This document shows, in pieces, positions 1-9,081 of a stretch of 24,697 bases of DNA. This stretch comes from a virus. Its lineage: Duplodnaviria > Caudoviricetes. The stretch spans positions 1-24,697 of the IMG/VR virus record IMGVR_UViG_3300008009_000534. One strand, written 5' to 3'. The translations under genes and the position numbers were made by a program. Under the pieces are notes generated by a model. The model had not been told where the DNA came from and did no database searches. It saw only the letters and a list, made by a program, of their open reading frames with translations. The first letter of the stretch is position 1, and each line of letters begins with the position of its first letter.

Positions 1-603
1 GCTTTTTAACAGCTCCAGCGTGGCTTGAATGGCCCCCAGCTTTTTACTGCCGGCAGCTTCTACAAAACGCGGTTTGGTCAGTTGGCCTATCAGGTTGGTA
101 AAACTTTTACCCTCGCCCTTAATGTGCTCAGCGTCGCTTTTGACAAACACGCGGGCACTCTCAAATAGCGGTGTTGCTTCACGCAACACTGCTGCGGGGT
201 AATTGGTATTGTTGTAAGAGATACCGGCTTCAATCACGGTAATTAAGAACTTGCTGCCAGCGCCTTTCTCGACACTTTCAATAAAGATACTGTCGCTACC
301 CCAGGCTTCAGTTAACTGGGTAACACCGGCAGGCACAAAATCACGGACAACCTCAACCGCATCGCCAAAACCCACGGTGTTATCATCGCTAATGGTATAG
401 GGATAAGCTAAGTGCCGGGCTACCTGGCGAATCACTACCCGATCAGCAAAAATAGCGGTGATATCTACCCAGTCGCGCCCCAGGTGTTTTGCCAGGGCGG
501 CAGTAACGTGCATTATCACATCACCAAATTCACCGGCCTTGGCTTCACGCAATGCCTGGTAGCCTTTGTAACCCAGCGCCTGGCTGAGTAGCGTAAGCTT
601 CAT
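1..603 (-). CDS. Prohead protease / capsid-precursor protein, N-terminal part (runs off the window; not in ORF track)
   Basis: Translated by hand: ATG at 603 overlaps the upstream stop (TAATG) and the frame is open to base 1. MKLTLLSQALG...FLITVIEAGISYNNTNYPAAVLREATPLFESARVFVKSDAEH resembles phage maturation proteases. Follows portal and gpF. Confidence 0.7.
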   Translation of the reverse strand, partial: MKLTLLSQALGYKGYQALREAKAGEFGDVIMHVTAALAKHLGRDWVDITAIFADRVVIRQVARHLAYPYTISDDNTVGFGDAVEVVRDFVPAGVTQLTEAWGSDSIFIESVEKGAGSKFLITVIEAGISYNNTNYPAAVLREATPLFESARVFVKSDAEHIKGEGKSFTNLIGQLTKPRFVEAAGSKKLGAIQATLELLKS

Positions 604-881
604 TACGCCACCCGCCCTGTCAGCTTCTGGCCGTCAATAGTTACAACGGTAACCACGTCATCACGTAAGGCAAAATCCAGCACTTCATCAGCACTTACTG
701 CCACATCAACGGTTTTGGTTTTTACCGTGCCGTCTTTTTCAAAAACCGGCTTTTTGGTTTTCGCATCGGTAACCACTTCAACAGTGGTGCGCTTAACGGC
801 CTTTGCTGCATCAGCTCTGCTAAAGGCTGGCGCACTGTCGGCGGCTGAATTGTTTTCAGTACCAGGGGTATTTTCAGACAT
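603..881 (-). CDS. Hypothetical phage protein, first gene of the head operon
   Basis: 92 aa, GGAG RBS, translationally coupled to the next gene, downstream of the late promoter motif. Confidence 0.75.
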   Translation of the reverse strand: MSENTPGTENNSAADSAPAFSRADAAKAVKRTTVEVVTDAKTKKPVFEKDGTVKTKTVDVAVSADEVLDFALRDDVVTVVTIDGQKLTGRVA

Positions 882-920
882 GGGTCACTCCGCTTGTTGT
901 TTTGTGTAACGAACAAGCGA

Positions 921-967
921 AGTGTGGCGGGTATAGCGTTTAGCTTAAATTAAAGGGTTTTAGGAAA
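921..967 (-). promoter_or_regulatory. Putative activator-dependent late promoter (head operon)
   Basis: 22-bp TTTCCTAAAACCCTTTAATTTA (967-946), identical to 8500-8479, then 19 nt and a -10-like CACACT. Confidence 0.7.
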
Positions 968-975
968 TTACCTGG

Positions 976-1626
976 CTATAAACCAGTAACTAAGGCTGCA
1001 GCGCCAATCAAGTAAGGACTATACAAGTACAACATACTAGGTGAATGGATTACTTCTTCGAACCAGTGGCGGAACATACATCTGATAAGCCTAAAATAAT
1101 CGTGCTTACTTTTAAGCCAAAGTACCGAAATGTTTGCTTCAATATCAGGATAAGGGTTCCCATTTTTGAAAGTGGAATAGACAATAGTACTGTTGAATAC
1201 CAACTTTCGCTTGAACGAGTGCGACACTGATGTCCCTTCTTCTTTAGTATCTATAAAACTATAATCAACCCCATCAGGAGCTAAATCATAAATCAGGCCA
1301 GATATTTGGTCAGAGTGCTCACAGTAATGGCTCATTAAATCATCATGCAAAAATTTAGAAGTCCACTTACGGTATGTTTCATCATGATACTTATATGCAT
1401 GATTAAAATAACGAAGCAACAAGAACACGACACCAACAGCCATCAATAGCTTTAATCGCTCTGGCGTTTCAAACGTCATTTCAAAAATGAGCCCATTTAC
1501 CTTTTCTAATTTTGCGTTTGCCACATTTAGAGCCAGCAGCACCAGTGAAGCGATAAGGAGGTTCCGCCTCGAATGTTCAAGTTGCTTATCATCTTCAATT
1601 TTAATTTTGTTCGTTGCATCCGACAT
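976..1626 (-). CDS. Moron: hypothetical membrane protein
   Basis: AT-rich ORF with two N-terminal and one C-terminal hydrophobic segments. ATG 1626 has an AAGGA RBS; the ORF track starts at GTG 1659. Confidence 0.75.
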   Translation of the reverse strand: MSDATNKIKIEDDKQLEHSRRNLLIASLVLLALNVANAKLEKVNGLIFEMTFETPERLKLLMAVGVVFLLLRYFNHAYKYHDETYRKWTSKFLHDDLMSHYCEHSDQISGLIYDLAPDGVDYSFIDTKEEGTSVSHSFKRKLVFNSTIVYSTFKNGNPYPDIEANISVLWLKSKHDYFRLIRCMFRHWFEEVIHSPSMLYLYSPYLIGAAALVTGL

Positions 1627-1672
1627 CAACAATTCCTTTTCATTAGTCAACAAACCCACTTTGGAAAACGGT

Positions 1673-2485
1673 TTATTTGTCCCATTTATCCAAATGTGGT
1701 ACCTGAATACAGCCGCAGTTAATCACCTCATCCAGTGGTGCTGTTGGGTCATGCGGGAACATCATCAATATACCACCAATATTAAAGGGTTGGTCAACCG
1801 GTTGTATCTGGCCATGTGCAGCTGCATGGCTGGCTCGTGGGTCTTTACGGTTACTGCGCCGCCATTTTTTCTTCAATCCTGGTACCGCTTTTTGTGCCTG
1901 GGTCATACGTTCCTGGTTGGCGGTAGAATATAACCGGCCAAGCTCAGTGTTAACTATGGTCCTGGCCCGGCTGGCGGCATTACCCTCTAAATGCTTAGCT
2001 ATGGCAGCTCGGGCTTTGTAGGGGTCATTTACGCCGACTACGACTAAGCCAAGCTGCTCTTTAATTTTCTGCGCTGCAACAATATTGATATCCGATACCC
2101 GATCAACCATAAACGACTTTATCGCCTCCAGCTGTTGCACGTTAACAGCCTGCACCCGGCCTGCCAGGTTAATGCCACCGGCGTTTAACGGCGCATCCAC
2201 TAAATCTATACCTGCCTGCCAGGCCGCGTTAGCACCGTCCCGTACTTTAACGGCAGCATCCGCGCCAATGTCTAGCAAGGTGCGTTCTATGTTCATTTGT
2301 ACCTGCTGAATATGCCACGTCTGGTATTCTGTTGGCAGTTGCGCCAGCTGCGCATCTAAAGCCATAAGGGCCTTTTCTAGCAGGGTAATAATGTCGTCGT
2401 ACAAGTGCACCTGCAGTTGTTGCCGGCGTTTTAACTGTGCCCGTAACTCGGCGTTAAATGCTTTTCGGCGTTCGCTGGGAGTCAT
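1673..2485 (-). CDS. Phage minor head / head morphogenesis protein (Mu gpF / SPP1 gp7 family)
   Basis: RARTIVNTE, KKWR...R.SH...HGQ and PHDP...EVINCGC motifs; directly after the portal. Confidence 0.88.
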   Translation of the reverse strand: MTPSERRKAFNAELRAQLKRRQQLQVHLYDDIITLLEKALMALDAQLAQLPTEYQTWHIQQVQMNIERTLLDIGADAAVKVRDGANAAWQAGIDLVDAPLNAGGINLAGRVQAVNVQQLEAIKSFMVDRVSDINIVAAQKIKEQLGLVVVGVNDPYKARAAIAKHLEGNAASRARTIVNTELGRLYSTANQERMTQAQKAVPGLKKKWRRSNRKDPRASHAAAHGQIQPVDQPFNIGGILMMFPHDPTAPLDEVINCGCIQVPHLDKWDK

Positions 2486-3918
2486 GCGGCATCCTGTTCG
2501 ATGTCATCTGTTTTTACACCAGGGAACACGTCACGCTTAACCTGTTCTTTTTTCTTTTCGTCAAATGCCTTTTTAGCATTGGCAAGTTCATCAGTTGCAT
2601 CAAATGCCACGCCCAGCTGGCCACTAATGCTGGCAACAATTTTAAGCGCCGTTTCTTCGGTCATTAGCCCTTCGTTAATAATAATAACCAACGAACCTAC
2701 CACCTGAGCCATTGCAGTAGCAAAGCGGCTAGTGTCTTTGGCGGTAAGCTCAGGAAATTCAACATCAGACCAATACACATTGCCGTTAAGTTCGGGCTCC
2801 CCTCTGCCGCTGGCCAACTCAAACTGGCGCAATGCATAGGTGGCGATGGTAACCAGCATGTTTTTAATTTTACGTTGGCGAAGCGTTAGTATCTTCAGCG
2901 TGGGCTCGCCCATGCTTTCGCCATTGGCTCGGTTAACATCGGTACCATCTGCAAACCAATGCGGCGACATGGTAGCACCGGCCAAAATATGGTTTTTAAA
3001 CAGCTTACCTATTACTTCAGTATCACCACTGTTTAGCGTTGGGCTTTGCGCCTCCCACTTTTCACGGTCATTGTGCACATTAACCGAATTGGGCCCAGGC
3101 GGAGTAATTTCAGCAGCGCGCCGGTTTACTTCGGCCTGGTCGGCCCCCGTTAACGTTACATCCCACACAAAGGCTCGCAGTGCCTGGGCGCGCTCACCCT
3201 CGCCAAATAAAAACTCGTCGTATAAATCCAGGTAATCTGCCTGAGCAGTTAAATCACCATGGCCACGGCCCATGTTGCAAAACGCGTTAATGTTGAAGTA
3301 AAACAAATCACCATCGCTAAATTGCGCCCGTATTGCCTGGGTTCGTTGAGTAAATACGTCCTCGGGGCCATTTATAATAACTCGGTAGCGTTGGTAACGG
3401 CCTTTGGTGTCACGGTGCGTTACTACGCCAATGGGTTGTTCCGGGTTGTCGGGATCAAAAATCACATCCTGCACGCGGGCGGGGTCTAAATAACCCAAGC
3501 GGACGTGGCCAGTGTGTTCATTCACAAAGGCCGGATAAAACTGCTCGCCAAACAACGCCAGTTCACGCACCTTTTTCTCGAGCTTGTTTTCCATATCATT
3601 AATCGGGTCTTTCCAAAACTTATCCAGCACCGCCTGGTAGTCAGGCTCGGCATTAGTTAGCTTTACCCCTTCGGCTAGCAAGTACGCCACCGGCAGTTCT
3701 ATCAGCCGGTTGGCAATCAGGTTACTTTGCCACAGAAACGCCGACACCTTTTGCATACGTTGCCGTTTAACCGGGCCTAAATCGCGGTTGTTGTCGCTGC
3801 TTAGTTTTGTCCAGCCGCTGGTGTCATCGGCAATATTGGCACCCGCTGCTTCCACCAGGTGCACAGGCTCCTGCTCAGGGGTGTTTTCACTTTTAAACCA
3901 CTTACTCCAAAAAGCCAC
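2482..3918 (-). CDS. Portal protein
   Basis: 478 aa between terL and the gpF-like gene; GAGGAGG RBS before GTG; LALFGE segment and helical portal-like layout. Confidence 0.8.
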   Translation of the reverse strand: MAFWSKWFKSENTPEQEPVHLVEAAGANIADDTSGWTKLSSDNNRDLGPVKRQRMQKVSAFLWQSNLIANRLIELPVAYLLAEGVKLTNAEPDYQAVLDKFWKDPINDMENKLEKKVRELALFGEQFYPAFVNEHTGHVRLGYLDPARVQDVIFDPDNPEQPIGVVTHRDTKGRYQRYRVIINGPEDVFTQRTQAIRAQFSDGDLFYFNINAFCNMGRGHGDLTAQADYLDLYDEFLFGEGERAQALRAFVWDVTLTGADQAEVNRRAAEITPPGPNSVNVHNDREKWEAQSPTLNSGDTEVIGKLFKNHILAGATMSPHWFADGTDVNRANGESMGEPTLKILTLRQRKIKNMLVTIATYALRQFELASGRGEPELNGNVYWSDVEFPELTAKDTSRFATAMAQVVGSLVIIINEGLMTEETALKIVASISGQLGVAFDATDELANAKKAFDEKKKEQVKRDVFPGVKTDDIEQDAA

Positions 3919-4043
3919 GGTGGCCTCCTCAATGAAATCAGACGTAAAGCATTTACGTTTTGTCAGGCGCGTTTAGCACGCCCTTAGATAAACCAACCCA
4001 CACAAATTTATGTGCAGGCGCTTAAAATCGCTTACAGCGCGTT
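3919..4043. other. Candidate strong gyrase site (SGS)-like spacer
   Basis: Non-coding gap in an otherwise tightly coupled operon, with alternating GCGC and A/T tracts. Confidence 0.3.
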
Positions 4044-5582
4044 TTAGCCAACCCGACGAAATAACCCGCCGACCGTTTGCCGGTAGCGTAGTTTTCCGGG
4101 TTTAAACGTTTCGCGAATTGGCTTTGCTGGCACCTGCGCGCCTGCCGCTGGCTCGCCCTCTTCATTAGCTGCAGCCCATACCAACACACCGGCAACCGCA
4201 GTATCACCATGGCGCTGTTTACCGTCAGATCCTTTGTCATGCTTGTCGTCCATTTTGGGCTGGCCTTTTATCAAGATCACCCGGCGGTGATCAGCAACTA
4301 TATCTTCCGATACCGGCAGCAAAATATGGCGGGATTCCAACGCGGCTTTGTACTTGGGGAAATACTCGTTATACCAGGGCAATGACAGCATTACGCACTC
4401 AACGCGATGCGAACCGTAACGCTGCAATGCCGCTTCTGCGTGCGACTGGCCATTGCCGCGCGAGTCAAATTTGGCATGAAAGAACAGCGGCACATTATCC
4501 AAGATGTAAAACAGGATCAGCTGCTGGCAATCAAACGGAATATTGCGCAGCTCAACAATAAACGGGGTTTGCCAGGCAAAAGGGCCATGTTGTTGCAACA
4601 GCCACATTACAGATAAGTCACCAGAGCGCCCAAAGTCTTGGCCTAACACTGTGCGAAGGCCGGGCATATTATCAATCAGCGGTTTTAGGTTGTCTTCACA
4701 CCACTGCTTAATATCCGCCAGCCGGTTATTATCCTCAACAAAGCTGTCCGGGCGCTCAATACGCAATATCGGAATACCCGCTACAGCACAACGCTCAACT
4801 AATATACGGCTGATATAAACACCACCGCCCATTGAAGGTATTACGTCCAGCTCTTCAGCCGCGTTATCACCATAAAACGCATACATCTCATCAGCCCAGG
4901 CATCTTCGGCTTCTTGCGTCCATGGTTTACCAGCTTGCTGGCAAATACGTTTGTACAGCCCCTGGCGTAGCGCATCTCTAAAGGTGACGCGGTGCACAGA
5001 ATACGGCTTTTTGCCAGCCCGGCATTCTTTAATAAGGATATTAAACGGGTTATCTTCGCCATTGTGGGTGCTGATAATCCGCACCTTGCCGCCCCAAATC
5101 AGCAGTGCCATAGCGGCTTTAATCAGCCCCTCTAAATCGTCATGGAACGCCGCCTCATCTATAATTACGCAGCCTTGTTTACCCCGTAAGTTGCTGGGTC
5201 GAGAGCTAAGTGCGGTAACCCTAAACCCGCTGGCGAAATACACCACGTAAGTGAGAATGTCTTTATCTTCATCTATGAGTATTTCTTCGGTAGCATCACC
5301 ACAGGCCACGTTATAAGCTTTTGCCCAGGCGGCAACATCGCGGATAAACTCCTTGGCCATATCCTTGTTGTAGCCAATGTACCAAACGTCCATGCCACCA
5401 GCGGCTTTCTCAGCACAGGCTATTAGCGCAGCATCTGCTGCTTCGCCCCAACTCATACCAATACGGCGGCTTTTTTCACTAATTTTCACCGGCGCATTGT
5501 CATAAATCCAGTCACCTTGGTACGGCAGCAGTAAAGCTGCACTAACGCCCGCTGCAACCGGTGTTTTTTCAGTTTGGATCAC
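4044..5582 (-). CDS. terL: Terminase large subunit (Mu gp28-like)
   Basis: LLPYQ, EKSRRIGMS (Walker A), VIIDEAAF (Walker B), IISTHNG, GQDFGRSGDLS and HGD nuclease motifs. Confidence 0.95.
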   Translation of the reverse strand: MIQTEKTPVAAGVSAALLLPYQGDWIYDNAPVKISEKSRRIGMSWGEAADAALIACAEKAAGGMDVWYIGYNKDMAKEFIRDVAAWAKAYNVACGDATEEILIDEDKDILTYVVYFASGFRVTALSSRPSNLRGKQGCVIIDEAAFHDDLEGLIKAAMALLIWGGKVRIISTHNGEDNPFNILIKECRAGKKPYSVHRVTFRDALRQGLYKRICQQAGKPWTQEAEDAWADEMYAFYGDNAAEELDVIPSMGGGVYISRILVERCAVAGIPILRIERPDSFVEDNNRLADIKQWCEDNLKPLIDNMPGLRTVLGQDFGRSGDLSVMWLLQQHGPFAWQTPFIVELRNIPFDCQQLILFYILDNVPLFFHAKFDSRGNGQSHAEAALQRYGSHRVECVMLSLPWYNEYFPKYKAALESRHILLPVSEDIVADHRRVILIKGQPKMDDKHDKGSDGKQRHGDTAVAGVLVWAAANEEGEPAAGAQVPAKPIRETFKPGKLRYRQTVGGLFRRVG

Positions 5583-6160
5583 AGCCTGGCTCCTGCAATA
5601 GCTGCACGGATAAGCTCAACATTCCCGCTTCCCACACCAGCTTTTTTAGCCGCAGTAACTGCAGCTTCAGCCGCTACAGCTTTGGCTTTCATCATGGTGC
5701 GCTCTTCAATCTGTTTTTCCAGCACGGCGCTAAAGTTTGCAGTACGCTGCAAGCGTTGAATACTTAGCACCAAGTCGCCGAGTGTCTCAGGGTCTATCGG
5801 ACTGTCTTCTGTAGCTGCTGCCATGGCATGCGCGGTGGTTTTAAACATGGCGCTCATTAGCATCGACTGCAGTAGCACGCCTTGCTCACCCAGGTTCTCC
5901 AGGTTCAACTGGTTAGCCAGCCCTTTGGCATACTCCTGGCTGCGGCGCATATCGGCTGCCACTTCTTCCATCTTTTTGGCCTCACGCCATACCAGGTTTT
6001 TAGATATGCGTTCAACCTCGGTATCACCGCTGTACTGCTCCAGCTCAACATTTACCATGTCGGCTATTTGCTGGCTGGTGTAGCGCTTGCTGTCTATCAG
6101 CTGATGAAACAGTTTTCTTATTTCATCAGGCAGCAGATCGACTTTTGTGCCCTTAGTCAT
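5579..6160 (-). CDS. Terminase small subunit (Mu gp27 / DUF3486-like)
   Basis: N-terminal KVDLLP.EIR, HTH-like region, position immediately upstream of terL. Confidence 0.8.
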   Translation of the reverse strand: MTKGTKVDLLPDEIRKLFHQLIDSKRYTSQQIADMVNVELEQYSGDTEVERISKNLVWREAKKMEEVAADMRRSQEYAKGLANQLNLENLGEQGVLLQSMLMSAMFKTTAHAMAAATEDSPIDPETLGDLVLSIQRLQRTANFSAVLEKQIEERTMMKAKAVAAEAAVTAAKKAGVGSGNVELIRAAIAGARL

Positions 6161-6161
6161 A

Positions 6162-6455
6162 TCAGGCTCCTGGCCCCGGCCGCTTTACGCCGTCAACCCG
6201 CGCTTTGCCGGTAGCAACGTCTACACCGCGCTCGGTAATAATGGCCACAAAAGTGCGCTCACCAATTTTTTGCACCGTTATCAGCCCCTGCTCTTCCAAC
6301 CATCGCATATGAGTGCGCACGGCATCACGGCTAATGTTATGGCCAAAGGTATACAGCACGTCGTTTAATATTGAATCGTTAGCGCTATAGCCTTGTATTT
6401 CGTTTAGGCTGCGCAAAATGACCAAACGCTGATCGGCTTCAAAAAGACTTCGCAT
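6162..6455 (-). CDS. Mu gp26-like winged-helix protein
   Basis: DQRLVILRSL...GYSAN.S.L...WLEEQGL...TERG.DVA.G...V.GVKRP.P signature. Confidence 0.85.
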   Translation of the reverse strand: MRSLFEADQRLVILRSLNEIQGYSANDSILNDVLYTFGHNISRDAVRTHMRWLEEQGLITVQKIGERTFVAIITERGVDVATGKARVDGVKRPGPGA

Positions 6456-6829
6456 TAATCACCACTCCTGCGGTTTAATTTGGCTTCCAACATCAGCGCC
6501 AGCGGACGTTCAACACGGGTAATAGTTTCTTCCAGATGTTTGCATTGAGCTTCTAACCTACCCAGTTGCAACTGCGTTTGCGTGAGCAAATCCCGGTTAG
6601 GCAAGTTACGGATCAGCTCTTCCTGCTTTTCCATCCGCAGCTTTATTTCATTAAGCTCACGGTCTTTGGCATAAGTTTGCTCAATGGTTTGCACCCGGTT
6701 ATTAAGCGGCGTTAGTTGCTCCTGGCTGACAAAACTGCGCCGCATTAACACACCGCCAATTGCCATGGCCCCCATAAAAATAAAGCTCAGCACTGGCCAC
6801 CACTCTAAAAACCAGCTCTTAGGTTCCAT
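6455..6829 (-). CDS. Mu gp25 / DUF2730-like membrane-anchored coiled-coil protein
   Basis: N-terminal TM segment, coiled coil containing NLP, conserved position. Confidence 0.75.
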   Translation of the reverse strand: MEPKSWFLEWWPVLSFIFMGAMAIGGVLMRRSFVSQEQLTPLNNRVQTIEQTYAKDRELNEIKLRMEKQEELIRNLPNRDLLTQTQLQLGRLEAQCKHLEETITRVERPLALMLEAKLNRRSGD

Positions 6830-7487
6830 TGGCTTGTCTCCGTTGTTCGTTTTCTAAGTAATCAATAAGCCCGTTTAGCTGGGCCTCTATGGCCATGCAC
6901 CGCGCGCCGTATTCGGTAACATGCTGCAAGATGTCGGCTTGCTTAATGTTGCTGGGCTGCAGTTTGTCGCTTTCAGCTGCAGTGGTTGTGGCGGTGTTGG
7001 TCGCACCATCAGTTCGCTGGGTATCACCATTGGCAGAGCTGGCGGGCATGGTGTCACCAATAACTGCTGAGGTTGCTCCGATGGCATTGTTGTACAGCCC
7101 AACAAAACCAGTGGTAAAAATGCAAGCAGGCAAAGGCTTAGGCTGGGCAGCCGGCCCAGCACGGTAATGTGTTGTGACATAGTCAATTTCCTTTTCGAGG
7201 GTGGCCGCGCGCTGCGCCAGGGCGTTTTTTTCAGCACGTATGGCGGCATTCGCGTTATTGGCAGTAGTTAACTTGAGGGTGAATTCTGCTTCAAGTAAGC
7301 GTTGTTGCTCTGCCAGTGCAGCATTTAACGCTATGGCTTGCTTTGCTTCAGCTGCAGCAAAACCTGCTTCATAGCTGGCGGTTTTCATTGCATCAAGCTG
7401 TGCCAACGAGATTTTTACGCCGGTGTATGCAACCAGTATTATCGCCAACCCGCCCAGAACATAGGGTGCAAATTGCTTAAAAGGCAT
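6819..7487 (-). CDS. Rz-like inner-membrane spanin
   Basis: N-terminal TM segment, Ala-rich coiled coil, follows the endolysin, contains a nested lipoprotein ORF. Confidence 0.75.
   Translation of the reverse strand: MPFKQFAPYVLGGLAIILVAYTGVKISLAQLDAMKTASYEAGFAAAEAKQAIALNAALAEQQRLLEAEFTLKLTTANNANAAIRAEKNALAQRAATLEKEIDYVTTHYRAGPAAQPKPLPACIFTTGFVGLYNNAIGATSAVIGDTMPASSANGDTQRTDGATNTATTTAAESDKLQPSNIKQADILQHVTEYGARCMAIEAQLNGLIDYLENEQRRQANGT
6887..7180 (-). CDS. Rz1-like outer-membrane lipoprotein spanin nested in Rz
   Basis: AAGGA RBS before ATG 7180; hydrophobic signal ending in lipobox LLGC; Pro-rich mature part; alternative frame within Rz. Confidence 0.65.
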   Translation of the reverse strand: MSQHITVLGRLPSLSLCLLAFLPLVLLGCTTMPSEQPQQLLVTPCPPALPMVIPSELMVRPTPPQPLQLKATNCSPATLSKPTSCSMLPNTARGAWP

Positions 7488-8130
7488 AACACGCCCCAGG
7501 TCCCCAGCCGGCTTTCGTATAAATGGGCTGCCAGCGCTTTAAAATCACATCTACGTAGTGGCGGTTCTCGGTAATGCTGGCCGGTGAGCGACCAGCATTA
7601 AATGGCTTAACAGACGAGTACACCAGCCCATCAGCCCCCGAAGCCGATGCAAGTGCCTGGTCGCGTTGCACCCAACCAAGGCCACCGTTATACGCAGATA
7701 ACGTAAAGGCCAACCTGCTACAGCCGTCTGCTGCCTTAATACGTTTGTACAACCAGGCGTTGTACATAACCTGTGCCCGCATCGCCCACGCCGGGTTATA
7801 TGGCTGGGCAAAAGTTAAATCACGCGGATTAATGCTGGCAAACCATTCGCTGGTTGCTGGCATAAACTGCGCCAGCCCTTCGGCACCCGCAGCAGAGCGG
7901 GCATCAATACGCCAATGGCTTTCCTGATGTATCTGTGCGGCAAACACTGACACAGGCGCATCCACGCCCCAAAAAGCATGGGCAGTGCGGGTTAAGGTGC
8001 GCTGATATTGCTTAGCCTCAACTGGCACAGCGGCAACTGCAGCATCGGCAAAAATACACAGCACCAGAACAAACAACACGGCCCAAAGTAAACGCTCGCC
8101 CCAGCTTGCTTTAGATGATTGATATTTCAT
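7477..8130 (-). CDS. Endolysin, soluble lytic transglycosylase (SLT) family, with N-terminal signal/anchor
   Basis: QIHQES catalytic Glu, GLAQFMP, AYNGG, ENRHYV motifs. Confidence 0.92.
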   Translation of the reverse strand: MKYQSSKASWGERLLWAVLFVLVLCIFADAAVAAVPVEAKQYQRTLTRTAHAFWGVDAPVSVFAAQIHQESHWRIDARSAAGAEGLAQFMPATSEWFASINPRDLTFAQPYNPAWAMRAQVMYNAWLYKRIKAADGCSRLAFTLSAYNGGLGWVQRDQALASASGADGLVYSSVKPFNAGRSPASITENRHYVDVILKRWQPIYTKAGWGPGACYAF

Positions 8131-8131
8131 G

Positions 8132-8422
8132 CTATAGCCCTAGCGTTAAGCCAAGCACGCAGGCCAGCACTATTATCGCCCGGCGCAGCATAGCTAAACC
8201 ACGTGGGATCAGGTCTTCGCCGGTTTCAGCATAGGTGTGCGGCCTGTCATACGGATACAACGTGCGGTCAAGCCAATAGCCCAACACAGCGGCAAGAGAC
8301 ACCAGTGCTACTTTGTATAACACCAGCGGCAGTTGATGCGGGCTAATAAACGCTATAGCGGCAATAAGCGCCAGCGACAGGATAATCCAGGTAAATAAAC
8401 GGGGTAATTGAAGTATTGGCAT
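8132..8422 (-). CDS. Putative holin (2-3 TM)
   Basis: Three hydrophobic segments, GYWLDR.L.PY.RP and RRAIIV motifs, upstream of the endolysin; ATG 8422 has an AGGT RBS. Confidence 0.85.
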   Translation of the reverse strand: MPILQLPRLFTWIILSLALIAAIAFISPHQLPLVLYKVALVSLAAVLGYWLDRTLYPYDRPHTYAETGEDLIPRGLAMLRRAIIVLACVLGLTLGL

Positions 8423-8453
8423 AAGCACCTAGCTACAGTAGTAAGTTACTAGC

Positions 8454-8500
8454 AGCTTAGGTGTTGTGGGGACTAGGCTAAATTAAAGGGTTTTAGGAAA
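8454..8500 (-). promoter_or_regulatory. Putative activator-dependent late promoter (lysis operon)
   Basis: Same 22-bp motif as 946-967, 19-nt spacer, TAAGCT -10. Confidence 0.7.
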
Positions 8501-8516
8501 CCCAATTCTAGAAATT

Positions 8517-8560
8517 TTTTAACCTTTAAGGTTGAAAATTTCAATTTAAAACACTATCAT
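8517..8560 (+). promoter_or_regulatory. Sigma70 promoter with overlapping palindromic operator for the HTH-peptidase operon
   Basis: TTGAAA(8532-8537)-17 nt-TATCAT(8555-8560); palindromes AACCTT-T-AAGGTT (8521-8533) and TTGAAA-A-TTTCAA (8532-8544). Confidence 0.6.
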
Positions 8561-8667
8561 CTGGATCGTGCGGTTAAGGATTACTGTACCTATGACAATA
8601 AAAAGCAGTATTCGAACGACTGCACAAATGTGTTCCAACTTTAATATGAATAAATCGGAGAAATGGC

Positions 8668-9081
8668 ATGGCACTTACAGAGTTTGGTAAAGAAGTAAGA
8701 AAGGCCAGAATTGATACAAATCAAACGTTAATGACAATGGCAGCAGAATTGGAAACCACTCCTGCATTCCTGAGTGCAATGGAAATAGGTAGCAAAAAAA
8801 TTGCAAAAAAGTGGGTAGATGCAATCTATAAATTTTTTTCCAAAAAAGGGCTAGAGCTGGTCAATTTACAAGAATTAGCGAGTGCAGCTAATGACGTAGT
8901 ACCAGTGGATGGTTTAACGCATCAGCAAAAAATGCTGGTAGCAGGTTTTGCAAAATCACAATGGAACCCAGAGCAACTAAAGCAGTTCGCTGAATTACTG
9001 GAAAAAATTAATATTAAACAAGAAGGAAGCACCGCGAATGTATCAGTTAAGAGGCCAACGCGTAACAGCAATCCCAGATGA
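8668..9081 (+). CDS. XRE-family HTH regulator
   Basis: LTEFGKEVRKAR...MAAELETTPAFLSAMEIGSK HTH; GGAG RBS. Confidence 0.9.
   Translation: MALTEFGKEVRKARIDTNQTLMTMAAELETTPAFLSAMEIGSKKIAKKWVDAIYKFFSKKGLELVNLQELASAANDVVPVDGLTHQQKMLVAGFAKSQWNPEQLKQFAELLEKINIKQEGSTANVSVKRPTRNSNPR

Noticed and set aside
4022-4240. 72-aa minus ORF overlapping the terL 3' end
   Set aside because: Alternative frame with no RBS or motif support.
1045-7927. Many + strand ORFs across the late region
   Set aside because: Antisense shadows of recognisable structural and lysis genes.
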